Under the pieces are notes generated by a model that saw only the letters and a program-made list of their open reading frames with translations, was not told the DNA's origin and searched no databases. A DNA stretch of 64,000 nucleotides, taken from positions 6,386,001-6,450,000 of the forward strand of contig JBHGNT010000007.1 in assembly GCA_043228905.1 (NCBI GenBank), in the 5' to 3' direction. This document shows positions 1 through 14,400 of the stretch, one piece after another. The DNA comes from Azolla caroliniana (lineage: Eukaryota; Plantae; Polypodiophyta). A program made the translations under genes and the position numbers. The stretch's first letter is position 1, and every line of letters begins with the position of its first letter.

Positions 1-1064
1 CTGAATACATAGGAATTAGACCATAGCAACTTTTTATATTGGATTTCTTTTTCAAGTTCAAAGGACACTATGTTTCCTAAGAACTGTCTACAGAGCATTG
101 AGTCTCAATGGACTCAATGCTCCAAAAACAGACCTATCCAAAAACAAGGGTGTAACAGACCTATCCATAATAGTAGATAGGTCTGTTAGATGTTTGAGAG
201 CTCTTGATAATGTTTCACCAGATTTATACTCTCTTGGGGTGCACGTTTTTTAGAAGAACAATACCTAGAATGGAATATGAAAGAAAGCATATGACAGGCT
301 GCATGTAGTATTAAACCATCCATCATAATTAATAATGCAACCACATCTCTTTCACTTTCTGTACATTATTTAGTTTCATCATCTCTTTGTATAAGGGCCA
401 AGGATTGTATAATGGAGGCATAAAATAGAGTACATGTCATTTGATTTAACCATTTCGATAAAATAAGGACTCCCCATTCCAATGAAGAATGTCCTGTACA
501 CTAGAAAAACTGAAGCAAAGCAATGACCAATTTTTTGCAAGGCTTTGGCTATGCATATTTCTGTGGAAGTCGGGATGTCATCTTTTATAGACAATTTAAT
601 ATTTTTCAAGCCATTCACGAAAGGCCCTATGGGCTACACCAAATTTCAAACCTTAATCCACTAATGATAGCAAATTACAAGCAAAAATTCTTTCATGGGC
701 ACCATGGCTTGGTTTCTGTTCATGGCGTCTCATTAGAACCTCTAAAGATTGGAACAGGTAAAAAGAAAAAGAGGCAAATGCTTTAAAAAATGTGTCATTT
801 AGGAACTGGGTGTATCATCCCACTTAATGAGTTTATTTTAGATGCATCTATTTGGCTACATAGGCATCAATGAAAAACTATGCTTTCATTCATTCACACC
901 ACACACACGAAATGTGTAAGCCAAAAGTATTCTGGTCTTGTAAGATATCCATGTCAGTTATTATAGTTATGGTATCAATGTTCAAAATTTAGAAGATATT
1001 AGTCAGTGTATGGAAATGATAGTTTCTCATTCGAGGTTTACATTTTTTATGGTTATATTTTCAG

Positions 1065-2319
1065 TGTCTGGTAATGGGTATGGCATTGAGATACCTGCGG
1101 TGTTCATATCTAAGGAGGCTGGTGAAATTTTGCTACAATTTGTGGGGGATACAAATGCTCGATTGTATATGCTTCCTGCACTTCAGAATACGTCTTGGTC
1201 AGTGATGGCTGTCTCCTTTGTATCACTACTTGCTGTTTCATCGATTCTTTCAACATTCTTCTTTATTAGGAGGCAGCGGCTTCAACGAGATGGTTCACAG
1301 CATACATATATTGGCTCTTCTAGATTGTCAAAACGGGAACTCAAAGCTCTCACTGTCTCAGTCTATGATAGAAAAGACAATGCTACCTGTGACACCTGTG
1401 CTGTTTGTTTAGAAGAATATGTAGACGGGGAGAAACTACGCGTATTGCCTTGTAGTCATGGTATGAGCAAAATCAACTTCACCTTGTATAATACTATTGG
1501 GTAAAACACCAAAATACCCCTAACTTATTGGATATTCACCATAAAACTCCCTTACCTTTGAAAATTTATTAGAACACGGTACAAATCTATTACATGGATG
1601 GGCATTCTCGTAAGTTCACCTTGTATAATACTATTGGGTAAAACACCAAAATACCCCTAACTTATTGGATATTCACCATAAAACCCCCTTGCCTTTGAAA
1701 ATTTATTAGAACACGGTATAAATCTATTACATGGATGGGCATTCTCGTGAGTATCCAGAAAATTAGTGGTTTTTTGTGTGTGCTACACTGTGCTCTTCCT
1801 TGGATAATAATTTATATTCGTAACTTGTTTTGAGCAGAATTCCATGTTCCATGTATAGACCAGTGGTTGACAACTCGCAAATCCTTTTGCCCAATTTGTA
1901 AAAGAGATGTCCATAGTAAGGATATTGAAAATGTTCCTTCAGAATCAACTCCCCTTCTAGCGTCGTCAAATCAGCTGTCAAGGGTTGCAGCTACATCTTC
2001 TGCAACCCAATCTGCAGCATCTGTATCGGAATCACTTATGTCAGAAGCATCTATGTCAGGATCAACATCAGGATTGCCAGGTAATAATTGCATGTGTTGG
2101 GTCACATATTGCATGCATTGGCTTTGTAGTTCAGGCACAAGTTCTTTCATTTCACAATTTATCCCTAGCATCAAGCAGTAATAACCACTTGATTTATTTG
2201 GCAATGAATGTGCCATTTATGTTTGTGCACATTTGATTTAAGAGTCTCGATCATCATCTGAAAAGAAGTGAAGAAATTACCTGATGGTTTTCATTTGTGG
2301 TTCAGGTGATATCTGTTGA
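1065..2319 (+). CDS. RMR: 3' part of an RMR-type (PA-TM-RING-H2) vacuolar sorting receptor. Exons 1065-1460, 1838-2080 and probably 2306-2319; upstream exons lie outside the window
   Basis: End of PA domain (IPAVFISKEAGE), TM helix (SWSVMAVSFVSLLAVSSILSTFFFI) and RING-H2 CAVCLEEY..LPCSH|EFHVPCIDQWLTTRKSFCPICK, joined across a GT-AG intron at 1461-1837. A Ser-rich tail follows. Donor 2081 and acceptor 2304-2305 give ...GLPGDIC*; the unspliced frame stops at 2181. Confidence 0.88.
1478..1750. repeat. Tandem duplication of a 137-bp unit in the RMR intron
   Basis: ttcaccttgtataatactattgggtaaaacaccaaaatacccct... starts at 1478 and again at 1615, nearly identical. Confidence 0.9.
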
Positions 2320-4299
2320 ATTAACATTTTTGATTTCCTGAGACGAAACACTTGATGGTTGATCTATTCCCCAAAGTTTAACTTTGTGCTTGGATATACT
2401 ACTTCCCATGAAGCTGGTTTCTTTTGCTTTTATGTATAGGTTCCAGTATTCCCACTTCATAGTACTTTTGGATGAGCACATGTTTTGGGTTCAAGGTTTT
2501 TAAGTATATCATTTGATCTTTTGATTTCCATCACTTTACATAAGAAGCTTCGTATGTTGTGTGCTCCAAAATTTGGAAACCAGCATGGATGGCTTTTTGC
2601 ATTGTGAATCATGTTAATATCATCTTTGTACATTACAAGATACAGCAGTGGACGAATCAATGTACTGAACAATGCTGTAACTTGAATAGGAAATATCTAT
2701 TTTATTCAAGATTTGTAAAATTGTTTATGACCATAAGGTTACATGAACTGTAATTTTAATAGGAAATATATTCTGTATTGCCAACACTATTTATGCTGCA
2801 AACATGATTCGAGACAAGAATATCTTTCTTTGAGCTTTTGTCAATTTGATTAGGGTGAAAAAAACTGGAGGCATGATTTCTTGAGACAATATAACTCTGA
2901 TAGCAAATGCATTTGATTCAGCTTTGCCAAATTGGAATACAGCAAACTATGCCTGAGAGTTTCAACAAGAGATGTAAAGTATGTTTTATCTATTTATTTA
3001 TGTAGGCTGAGTGAGATATGGGCTCTGGCCTCCATCATTTGAATGGTCAACTCCTTTATGATTCAAAGGGTGGGAAGTCTATCTAGTGTCTGGAGTAAAT
3101 TGGAAATTTGTAGTGCATTTAAATAAGATAGCCTGCTTTGCCATATTAATAATACTTATGCAGACCGCTAGATTTAGTGTGTGGACAATGGCAACGAGGG
3201 GAAAGGTGCATGCATGCTATGTATGTATGTATCTCTCTCTATATAGTTGTAAAATATTACATGCGAAAAATATCACCATCAAAATATGGGCATGATGAGG
3301 AACTTGCCTCTTTGACAAAGAAAAACATATTACCATTACCAAAACTATATGCAGAAATAATTTACCATCCCATTTAGATAGCTTATCAAATATGTTCCAT
3401 TTAGATGGCTTATAAAATATGTTTTGGTGATGGATTACATCTCATTAGGCTCCATATTATAGATAATCCGGAATATTATTAATTGGATTGGAGTTCTAGT
3501 GTTCCTTCTTTATAGTACTTTGTGTACAAGATCTCACACTCTTACTCATCACATAAAAGGGAGCTTTTGGCTCAAAAATGTAAGTATGTCATGCCAAAAT
3601 TTTCAAGGTTTCATTTATCCAAAAAAACCATAGCAAACAAATAGTTTCCCAACTTCTTAACTCTTCATAAGAAACCAAGACAAATTATTGTTAGGGACCA
3701 CTAACTGCATGTGTAAAAGATCCTATTCACATTGAAGAGAGAGAGAGAGAGAGAGAGAGATTTATAATAACATAGATACTTTATCAACTATTAGGAGGCT
3801 AATTTTGACCTATGAGACCAAATATATATCATATTGAATGTGATCAAATGATTGGGTTTTATCAAAGATGTGTGAAAAGCATAATTGCATGTGATCAAAG
3901 GTAGTGCAATGTTTCAAAGTCTGATACTTAATACTCCCAAACTTGTTTTGGGTGAAATGTGTATAGTCGATTACTGCCTGAATGCCCCATCTCACATTGT
4001 GGTGATTGTGAGCTAAATCGCATGGAAGTAATGGTTTGGATGGTCAACAATAGACTCTAAAATCTATAGCGGTATGCAATTTTCCCATGTCATGATATAT
4101 TGGCATTGCAAAAAGGCCTCATTCATAAAGGAATCTATTGATGCATCATGAAGTAAGTGTATTACATTCGATCTTCCAAACCAAAATTCTATATCTTGCA
4201 TCCAATCGAAATAGTATAAGTTTATGTTTATGTGTCTTTCATATCTTTTTGCTTGCTTCCCTTGCAATTCTGAGGTTCATGTGAGTGTCTTTAATAACC

Positions 4300-5070
4300 T
4301 TAAACATGTATTTGAAAGAGAGAGTGAGAATTCGACTTGAAGTTCGGTGTGCTTGATCTACAGTTGTCTCATGGCATGAAGCACTCTTTATTTGTATGAG
4401 CATCATCATCTAAAAGAGAGTATTATAATTCTTGCAAAAGAAGTTCCTTGCATCTTTGATTTTGACTCAATAATGCAACTTCAATACCTAGGTTGTGTGA
4501 TTGAGTGTGAAAGAGTGTTAGGGCTCTAGGAGAGCTAATACTCATATTAATAATGAGGTAAGGTGGAATACTATCAATAGCCCTTTTTGCCTTATGTAGA
4601 ACCCAACATTCAAGATTGATGTCCGCAATGTAATATTCTAAATTTGTCCTTTTAACATCTTCCCACTTCTTTAGTGGTTCCATTATAATCTTTCCTCGAT
4701 AACTACATATTTAACACCATCACTTGAACGCTATTGGAGAACTTCCACATCCCATCTTTTGAACCAATTTTCGATGTCAACTACCCTCGATAACTACATA
4801 TTTAAAGACATCACTTGAAAGCTTTAGGAGATCTTCTACATCCCATATTTTTGAACCATTTTTTGATGTCAACAACTACCCAACCGAATAAGAGAATTTT
4901 GCTCTTATTTGTAGTTAACATCCAACATTCTGCGCAAGATGTGGTAATCTACATTAAATGACATTAGTTTCACTTCTCTTCCATGAGTTGATACTCTGGT
5001 TGCATTTCTTTTCCAGCATATAATAACTTTTCCAACCAGCTTAAAGACTAGACTCAAAGCATACACTTCA
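4300..5070 (-). mobile_element. Degenerate LINE 3' fragment with a small internal tandem duplication (~4695-4870)
   Basis: The translation (..LEYYIADIN..IPPYL..RALTLFHTQSHNLGIE) resembles the C-terminal region of the LINE relics at 23436 and 56382. Confidence 0.5.
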
Positions 5071-5309
5071 TTTATTTGTGGCATATCGATACCAAGATAC
5101 TTAAAGCTTTGTACAAAAGAGAGAGAGAGAGAGAGAGAGAGATCTTCCTAAATTACATGCCATTACAAACAAATTTGCTCAACACAATTTTAAATATGAA
5201 AAAAACAAGCTTTAATGTGAGCTTTCGTGTTATTGTTGGATATCCAAGAAATATCAGATATGTATTGAATCCAAAAAACAAAACGTGTACATAATGCAAA
5301 GAGGTGCTA

Positions 5310-6940
5310 TCACTCTCTTGATTGACCAGCTCGAGAAGAAAGAATGATACCCACAATCAAGCCATACAAAGCAAGTGCCTCAGCAAAAATCAAGATGAGA
5401 ATCATTCCTACAAAAAGCTTGGGCTGTTGTGCATTTGCTCTGCAAGAAACAAAAGGCAAAGCATTCACTGGATCACATTATAAAACACATTAAGTTTTAG
5501 ATAGCGCTTGTGTTATGAGCACATAAACTACACTCTTATAGGTTAATCAAAGCTAACCACATCACTTTTAAGGATTAGTTTTAAGGGTAGTTACAAAAAG
5601 AACTAAATAAGGTTAGGGCAGGACTCTAGCCTTCATAAATCCCGTAATAGTGTATTACGTATATACCCATAAAATAATCCTTGATAAATCCTAACTAAGG
5701 GGCTTACTCTATTAACCTCTAATATTGTAGTTATGCATATGTTCATATGCATACTAGTGTGTTAATGTGTATGCTCATAACATAGTCCTACATAGTGCAT
5801 AAGTACATGTCTAGAGGTTAAGTAAACAGTTACGAGCTAAGGGGCCTACTCTAGTCTAGTTATATGAATAAGATAATGGGTCTACTCCAGTGCAGCTATA
5901 TGCATAAGGTAATGGGCCTACCCCAGCCTTCACTAACCCCTAATAGTGCAGTTATGTGTATGCATGTTTATCCATAAGATAGTCTCACAACTTCTTTGTT
6001 CATAGAAGAATGTGACAAACTAACCTGACACCAGCATCACCAACTATGCCGATAGCCATTCCAGCGGATAGGCCAGCTAAACCACAAGCCAATCCAGATG
6101 AAAGGTGTGCATAGCCATCAAATAGATAGTAGGCTGTACTCTTGGGGTTGATCCCTGTGCTTATAATCACAGCTATGATCAATCCATATATACCTAGCAC
6201 ACCTGCCATCACCACTGGTACGATAGATTTCATGACCAATTCTGGCCTCATCACCCCCATAGAAGCCACTCCAACACCACTTTTAGCCGTTCCATATGCA
6301 GCACCCATACCTTACAGTATCATCAGAAACAGGGATTTAATTGCAGGTGGATAAAACAGGAGATGACAAAGCCCATCATCATCAACTATCATTTTAAAGA
6401 AAAACAATATTGTCACCATATATCAATTTGCAAAGGTACAACACCACCATAATCATTCATCATTTTCAATAACATCATCAGGTATCATAAGTCAACCAAT
6501 TGCAACAACATCAACACACACACACCCCATACATAGTTTGCGGCAACATCTTCATCAGCATCATCATCGTTAGATCTCATCTATCAATTGCAATACCATC
6601 ACCATCATACACCTCGATGAATCACAACATACATCACACATTATACTCCAAACAATACCATCACCGTCCTCATCAAGCAAAAGCACATGATCAGATACTA
6701 AAACTGGATCCTATACCTTCGCAAGTTTACGATCCTTTATCAAAACCAGAACGATCCATTTGCACACACAGAAATCGAGTCCAAAATAAAGCCCAGGAAC
6801 AAAGAAGGAAAGAAGATATGAGAGAAAGAAAGAAGGAAAGCGATAAGAGTTTTCTTACATGAGAACACAAGGGCTGCTGCAGCTCCAAGGAATCCAAAGA
6901 ATGGAGCAGTGGTGTCACCATTAAACTCTGTCGTCGACAT
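5310..6940 (-). CDS. VHA-c: V-type proton ATPase 16 kDa proteolipid subunit c, 165 aa. Exons 6940-6859, 6310-6025, 5439-5310
   Basis: [28 protein letters not shown]|[28 protein letters not shown]...GDAGVR|[46 protein letters not shown] introns; exon lengths 82+286+130 = 498 nt. Confidence 0.97.
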
Positions 6941-6980
6941 CTTTCTTTCGCTTCAACCTGCAAGTAAGAAGAGGATACAC

Positions 6981-7369
6981 AGAGAGAGAGAGAGAGCGAG
7001 AGAGAGAGAGAGATTTCTTCTTCTTCTTCTCCTTCTTCTTCTTCTTCTTCTTCTTCTTCTTCTTCTTCTGTTTGTTTCTTCAATGATCTGGAAAACGTGC
7101 AGAGATCATGACGATGACGAGGCTCTGCACAGAGGGAGAAGAGGGGAAAAAGAGAGAGGAGGCGACCGGCTACCGGCGGTGGATGGTCACCGGCTAAACC
7201 GGGGTGGCTGGGGTGTCCAAGGGCATCATCACAATTGTCGCAAAGACGTGCAAAAAAAAAACAAAAAAGCAAAGAGATCCCAAGAATTAGTGATATGATT
7301 CATTCATTCAACTTATGCTCTTCTTCTTCTTCTTCTTCTTCTTCTTCTTCTTCTTCTTCTTCTTCTTCT
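6981..7369. repeat. (AG)n and two (TTC)n microsatellites in the 5' region of VHA-c
   Basis: Directly visible at ~6981-7012, ~7015-7069 and ~7319-7369. Confidence 0.9.
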
Positions 7370-7594
7370 CGGGGACTCTGTTTTCTGCAAGCCATACGAC
7401 ACTCGTAATCTTGTTTTTATGCGATCATTCGGGTTTCGTCTCTCGTTCACATTGCGTGTGTGAACATGAGACGATGCCATTTACCCGATCTTCTTCTTCT
7501 TCCATTCGCTAGATCCGACTTTTCGCTCCGATCGGCTATTTCTTAACTTCTCCACGTTGGTAACTTTTGTAGAACCTTTTTTGTTAGTGTTAGC

Positions 7595-8237
7595 CATAGA
7601 TTGACATATTCGCATTCGTGGGGTTTCCCATACGAATGAATACGAATACGAATACGAATGGGTAATCAAGTATTCGTTTAACACCCCCCCCCCCCAAAAA
7701 AAAAAAAACTTTTTTAAAAAAAATTCCTAAGATAAAAAAAAAGGAACTTAACAATAAATAGGGATAATAAAAGAGGGACTTTGGGGACTCACACACTTCT
7801 AAATTTTTATAATAAATGTATAGTCGTTTTATTTTTAATAAATAAATAAAATAAAATAAAGGCTCATTAATTTCTCACTTTTTATTTCCTCAAAAATTAT
7901 GGATATTTTTATCTGGACATTAAAAATGGTACTTCAAACTAATCATATCTTCAAAGTTCATACTAATCATATTTGTATAATAAATATAAAAATATTTGTT
8001 TTAAAAAAATTAATTAATTAAAATAAGTTTCTTACACTCTCTTGACACTATAATCTATTAATGAATTTATTTATTTTTTTTGGTGAAATACATTTATTTA
8101 AATAAATAAATAATTTTTTATATTTATTTTACAAAACGAATGGTTTTTTAATATTCTTGGGGCCATTTTGTATTCTCGAATATTGAGAATATTGCGCATG
8201 GAAAATATCACGAATATCACGCATGTGTCAATCTATG
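7595..8237. mobile_element. hAT-type MITE (643 bp) upstream of VHA-c
   Basis: TIRs CATAGATTGACA / TGTCAATCTATG; 8-bp TSD GTGTTAGC at 7587-7594 and 8238-8245; subterminal (TACGAA)n; AT-rich interior. Confidence 0.88.
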
Positions 8238-10288
8238 GTGTTAGCATTTCATTCGTGGATTGGATTAAGTTGCTGGATCGACACCAAATTTGATTGCAAA
8301 CTTATGAGGCTAGTTCACATGTCCTACTTTCTTACTTTGCAATGGTAGAATATGCAAACTTTGTTGTTCGTACCTCGATGAACATCATGTATCTTTATAC
8401 TACCTTTTTTAGGGAATCTCTCTTTTTGAAGGCCCAACTTTAACATAATACATTGCATCACGGTCTTGTCTAATCACGTTGGTGCAACACCAATACCATC
8501 TAACTTTCTAAGATTTTCAAATGTCACTTACTTCCATGTGAATGTTTTTGTAATAGTGCCATGCACATAAACAATGGTCTATGTATGTACATCATCATTA
8601 TCTGATAAAAAATTTAAAATTTCATGGACAATATGTCGAACTAAAAAACTAGTGAAAGCCAATGAGGAATTAGCAGAATTGATACTCTAATGTGCTTCAC
8701 ATGGAAAGAGAGATTAAAGAACAACATGTGTAATAATAATAAGAATCGTAAGGGCACACAAATAATTTTGAATTACACGTCACATGGTTGTAGAAGATTG
8801 TGCAAGGATGTGGGTGTGCCCTTAACAACTGATTATCGATAAGTATCAATTGAATTGTAAAAACCTTTGAGCCATTGCTTAATTGTTCGGGAGGCAACAA
8901 GCACATACTCACATTTTGTGATGGATTCAATAATTAAAGCTCAATCAGACTATCTCTCCCTAGACGTAGTATAGCGTTAAGGTCTTCCACACTCTACCAT
9001 ACAAGCATGACAAAATGTGGATAGGATTCTAAAACTAACAAGAATAAATTATAGGACCTCTAAACTAATTCATATGGTAAAAAGTCATTATATTACTACA
9101 ATCGATGAGTTTCAATGTCACATGCACTTCAAATTGAACCTCGTCCACGACCTTATCAAGAAACATCAACCACATGGCAAAAGAAAACTGTATCGTGAAT
9201 TTGTCACATTGACATCATTATAAACCACAAGAGATTGATAGAGTTTTAGTTTTGAATTCATGTGGAACATAAGTTTGCTCCAAAACAAATAGTAAAATTG
9301 ACACTCTCATATTTTCAAAAAAATAATCATTGAGAGTTTGATGCAAAGTGATTGGTTACCACTAGTTCTAGAGCTCAAGGGGTTTCTTCAACTTAAGCAT
9401 GATATTATGTTTCTCATGCTATGGAAATCAATGTCACAAACGTGTAGTTTCTTTAGCGTATGTTCTTCCTCTAGTAGTATCAACCCATCAAAGCACTTGA
9501 GATGTCGTAGAATTCTTCTTGATGTGTTACTTTAATTCTCTATTAAGTGCAAATAAATATGATTTTGATCCTTGAAGCTAACAAGACATTATCATAGTTA
9601 CAACTTACAACCATGAAAGCGTTTGAACCCTACTTCAACAAGGACATGTTGATTCCTTCACATTAACAAAGTCCAAACATAAGATGAATTGATTTATCTC
9701 CATACACGACGTCATATTCATTGTGTCTTTAATAACACTTGAAGAGGGATATGAATCTCTTTGTTGATGAGGCGATCAATGAAAAATTGAGATTGTGTCC
9801 ATTCGTGAGCATAGTTTGAAATATAGACCATAAGGCAGTGTTAAGAGGATGAACCATTATAAAGAGTAGAATACGTGGTTGTGATCATTTAGTACCCTAT
9901 GGACTTGAGAAGAAAGGGATGGCAATTGTGCATCTATATATACTTATCCATCATAACATTAGAAAAATAAGTGCAACTAGTCAAGGGACCCAATGCATGG
10001 CTCAAATTTAAGAAAACCATGACTAGGGCACAAATCCATCATATGAGGAAGAGAAAACAAAAACCTCACAAAAATAGACACTCCTCTAAAACACATCCAT
10101 ATTTAACTCCCACTCTAGTAGGAATAAAATTCCTTCGATTGGTAGAGGAATCCCAACTAGATATTATCCTAATGCCTCACTTTATCCAAACCCTAAAGCT
10201 GAATTAAGAAAAACTAAAAGTATGTGCTCATCATTCATATGGGTGAATAGTTCTGATTAGGGAAATCTACCTCCCATGAATCTGTTTG

Positions 10289-10379
10289 TGTTAAGAATTA
10301 GGTAGGTAATTAAGAGTTAATTAGTACCTAATTATGTGATAAAGTTAAGTGCAGAAGATTATGTGATATGTGTGTGAGA

Positions 10380-10419
<40 letters not shown>

Positions 10420-10742
10420 CACTTATGAATAATACAAGATGGGGGATGAGTAACTATATATTAAATTAGTATCAACATCATCATCAAATACAAAAATACC
10501 CACAATGAGGTATATATACATCTCATGTGCAAAGGTGCACATGTGTGAGTAGAATATAGGTACTAATGTGTAAGTCCTATATTAAATGTACTTAGGAGTG
10601 GAGGATCTAGAATATCCCACTTAAGTACAAGGTCCTATTTAAGGCATTATAGTCAACACTTATGACTAGATTCTATCTAGGTAACTACGAAGTTACATTG
10701 TTGACTAACTAACTAAACTAAATTGAGCTTGATCTCTCAACA
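10289..10742 (-). mobile_element. Solo LTR (454 bp)
   Basis: TGTT...AACA termini and a 5-bp TSD GTTTG on both sides. An inverted homolog lies at 58941-59362. Strand inferred from the TATA/(CT)n order. Confidence 0.85.
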
Positions 10743-10977
10743 GTTTGAAACAAGAGCTAATGGCACCCTTCTATCGACTTTCACCCTACATGAAGTAATG
10801 GGTTCATACTAGACAATGCACCTAAACTTGTAGGTATCAATTTGGTGGGGGGTCTCTTGTCTCACTTTTAAGTAATTCTCAATAGCATTTTATTAGTGAG
10901 TTTAACAAGAAAGATCATATATCCCATCTAAAGTGAAGAGAGATGTGCATAATGGACATCACTAATTAGAATACATG

Positions 10978-11442
10978 TATTAGAGATTAGGTACTAAAGT
11001 AAGCATAAAATAAGGATATCTCAATGATAGATCTAGAAAGAATAGAGAGAAAAGAGAGAAAGAAGGGTGCCGATCCACCCGACCACCCCCGAGCGAAGGG
11101 ATCGAGACGGACTCGAGCCTCGATCGGCGTCCCATACCACCGCCTTGGCGTCGAGTCGTACCTGGACGATAGCGCGCTTGCTACAAGAGTCGTTCCACTC
11201 ACGGACAGAGTCTCGACGTAGTCAATGCATGATAAAATGAGGGTAGCTAGGCCTCTTATTTATAGTAATTCTCAAGGCCCCCAGCCATGTTCACACTTGG
11301 CCTCATGGGTTGTCTCAATCCCGAGGATTAAAAGTAATCCTCCCCTTCTTTAGACTCTTTGTTTAACCCTCACACTTATCCACGTGTATAGAATACTACG
11401 ACAATTCTCACCACGGGATATTATATGGTCATGCCCGTAACA
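10978..11442 (-). repeat. 3' LTR of the Gypsy element
   Basis: Matches 17563-18027, adjacent to the PPT; TATA-like CTATAAATA on the minus strand at ~11258-11266. Confidence 0.95.
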
Positions 11443-14400
11443 TACTCCCCCTCTTTAAAACATTGCACTCTTGCAATGGAAAGTTAGGAAAGTTAGTTGT
11501 TAGAGTCGTTTCGCGTTCCCATGTGGCATCTTTAATTGATTTATCCATCCATTTTATTTTAAATTCTCGGATTTCCTTAGTACGTAATTTTTTTGTTTTA
11601 ACATCGAGAATTCTTTCTGGTACATGTGGTTTAGAAGATAAATCTTCAGAAGTAACCAGAGTTTCAGTTGTAACTGTATTGTCGCCAGAACCTAGAAGTT
11701 CTTTTAGACGACTTACATGAAAGACTGGATGGATTCCAACACCATCGGGAAGAGCGAGACGATAGGCTGATGATCCAATGCGTTTGAGGACTGTAAAAGG
11801 TCCACAAAACCGTGGGGCTAACTTAGCGCACTTACCCGTAGACAATGTCTTAGAATTGTGAGGTACACGTAAAAATACCTTCTGTCCAGGGCTGAATACA
11901 CGAGGTTGCCTATGATGATCGGCATAAAAACGCGCTCTATCTTGAGCTGTTTTTATATTATCCCGTGCAATATGCAACATATCTTGCATATCCCGAAGAA
12001 AGTTTTGCGTACTTCGCAACTCATCATGATGTATATTAACATCAATCGGGGCTCGTGGCTGAAATCCATACATCAACATAAAAGGACTATATCCCGTCGA
12101 CGTATGCTTGGAGCTGTTATAAGCAAACTCCAAAATTGGGAGGTAACGTTCCCATTTTGTTGGTTTTGCACCAACGTATGCTCGAAGCATGTCCTCAATA
12201 ATTTGATTTACTCGTTCTGTCTGTCCATCGGATTGAGGATGATCCGTGGAGCTCATGCTCAACGTAGTTTCTAACTTCTTAAAGACTTGCGTCCAGAAGT
12301 CACTAGTAAACGTTGGATCTCGGTCACTCACGATATCCATCGGTAACCCGTAAAAACGAAATAACTCATCAACGAATTGGTAAGCCAATTCAGGAGCTGT
12401 TACCGTGGTTTTAGTAGCAATAAATCTGGCCATTTCAGTTAGTCTGTCAACCACAACCCATATGGCATCATGACCTTTTTGGGTGCGAGGAAGGCTAACA
12501 ATAAAATCCATGGATATACTTTCCCACTTATTATTGGGAATGTCCAAGGGATGTAAAAGTCCTGCGGCTTTAAGTCGCTCGGCTTTGTTAACCTGACATT
12601 GGTGACATTTAGTCACATAGCTATGTATGTCAGGACGCATCTTAGGCCAATAAAATTGAGTGGAGATGAGAACGAGTGTACGATGTATTCCAGGGTGCCC
12701 TGCTGAGGGTGCATCATGGCATTCAAAAAGAATTCTCTTTTTGACCTCAGGCAAATCTGGAACACAAACCTTCCCATTACGGTAGAGCAGACCGTTAGCA
12801 ATGTGGAAGTATTCCTTCGAGGGTGCGGTGGTGTCTGTTCCAGACTCGACTCTTGCCCAATATTTTGCAAAATAATTGTCATCAGGATACTTTCCTCGAA
12901 GGTGATCATAAAGATCTGATGTTATTTCAGTGAAGCTAAGCATGTTAACTTCACGGGTGCGACTTAGTGCATCAGCGACAGTATTCATGGAACCTTTACG
13001 ATATCGTATGGAAAAATCAAAGTCCTGGATGAGATCAGCCCATCGTGCCTTACGACCTTTCAGGTCTTGTTGGTCACAAAAATATTTCAAGGACTCGTGG
13101 TCCGTAGTTACCACAAAGCGATTTCCATAAAGATAATGGCGCCATGTTTTGAGCGCATGTATAACCGCAAATAATTCCTTTTCTTGAACGGTATACCGAC
13201 ATTGAGCAGAATCAAGTTTCTTACTCTCGAATGCTATTGGTTTACCATCTTGATACAAGACAGCACCTATAGCATAATCGCTTGCGTCGGTTTCAACCTC
13301 AAAAGGTTTTGAAGGATCGGGTAAAAGAAGTGAAGGAGCCTTGCATACCAAGTCCTTGAGTTCCTTAAAGGCGAGGTCTAGTGTAGCATTCCACACAATA
13401 GGTTTTGTAGACTTACGCGTTTGACCTTTTAGAAGATCAGTAAACGGCGTCGTCAATTGTGAGTAATTACGAAGAGATTTTCGCAAAAATCCGACAAAAC
13501 CAAGGAATGATCGAACTTCTCGAATATTCCGAAGAGTGGGCCAAAGCTTGATTTTCTCGATGCGAGAAGGATCAATTTCAACTCCTCGTTCGGTTATGAG
13601 ATGTCCAAGATAAGTAATTGATTTCTTGAAGAACTCACATTTTGAGATCTTCGCGTAAAATTGTTTGTCACGCAATATTTGTAAAACAAAGCGGACATGT
13701 CTAGCATGTTCTTGCAATGTACGGCTATAAACTAAAATATCATCTAAGAAGATAACGACAAATTTTCCAAGTTGTTCTCGGAAAATGTCATTCATTTCTT
13801 GTTGAAATGTAGCCGGAGCATTGGTCAAACCAAAAGGCATAACCAAAAACTCATAATGGCCGTAGCGCGTACGAAATGCTGTTTTAGGAACATCGTCCTC
13901 ACTTATTCGTATTTGATGGTAGCCAGTACGGAGATCAAGTTTCGTAAAATACCGAGCTCCCTGGAGACGGTCAATTAGATCGTCAGCCCGGGGCAATGGG
14001 TACGAATTCTTGATCGTCACTTTATTCAAGCGTCGGTAATTAATACACATACGCCATGTGCCCTCTTTCTTTTTAACCAAGAGAACTGGTGCACCCCATG
14101 GAGATTTACTATAACGTATATAACCCATTCGTAAATAGTCCTTAAGTTGCTTAGCTACCTCATCCTCTTCAGATCGACTTAGGCGATACGGAGGTATACT
14201 AATGGGTGCAACGCCAGGTACAATATCTATACGATGGTCTATATTACGTTTAGGAGGTAAACCATCGGGTAGTTCACTCGGAAAAACATCACGAAAATCG
14301 TTTACGATTTCATCAAGTTGTTTTTGTTCAAAATATGTTAATTGACCCGAGACATTATCGATATTGTAAACGTGAATGTCCGGATCAAGTACACAATAAA

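Noticed and set aside
6727-7512. Poly-E, poly-L and poly-F ORFs
   Set aside because: Translations of (TTC)n and (AG)n microsatellites.
8300-10260. Possible ancient LTR-retrotransposon pol remnant
   Set aside because: Only faint motif-like fragments; boundaries and identity cannot be supported by eye.
10987-11221. Duplicated small ORFs (also at 17572-17806, and 29324-29593 / 34146-34415)
   Set aside because: They are duplicated only because they lie in LTRs, and show no protein motif.
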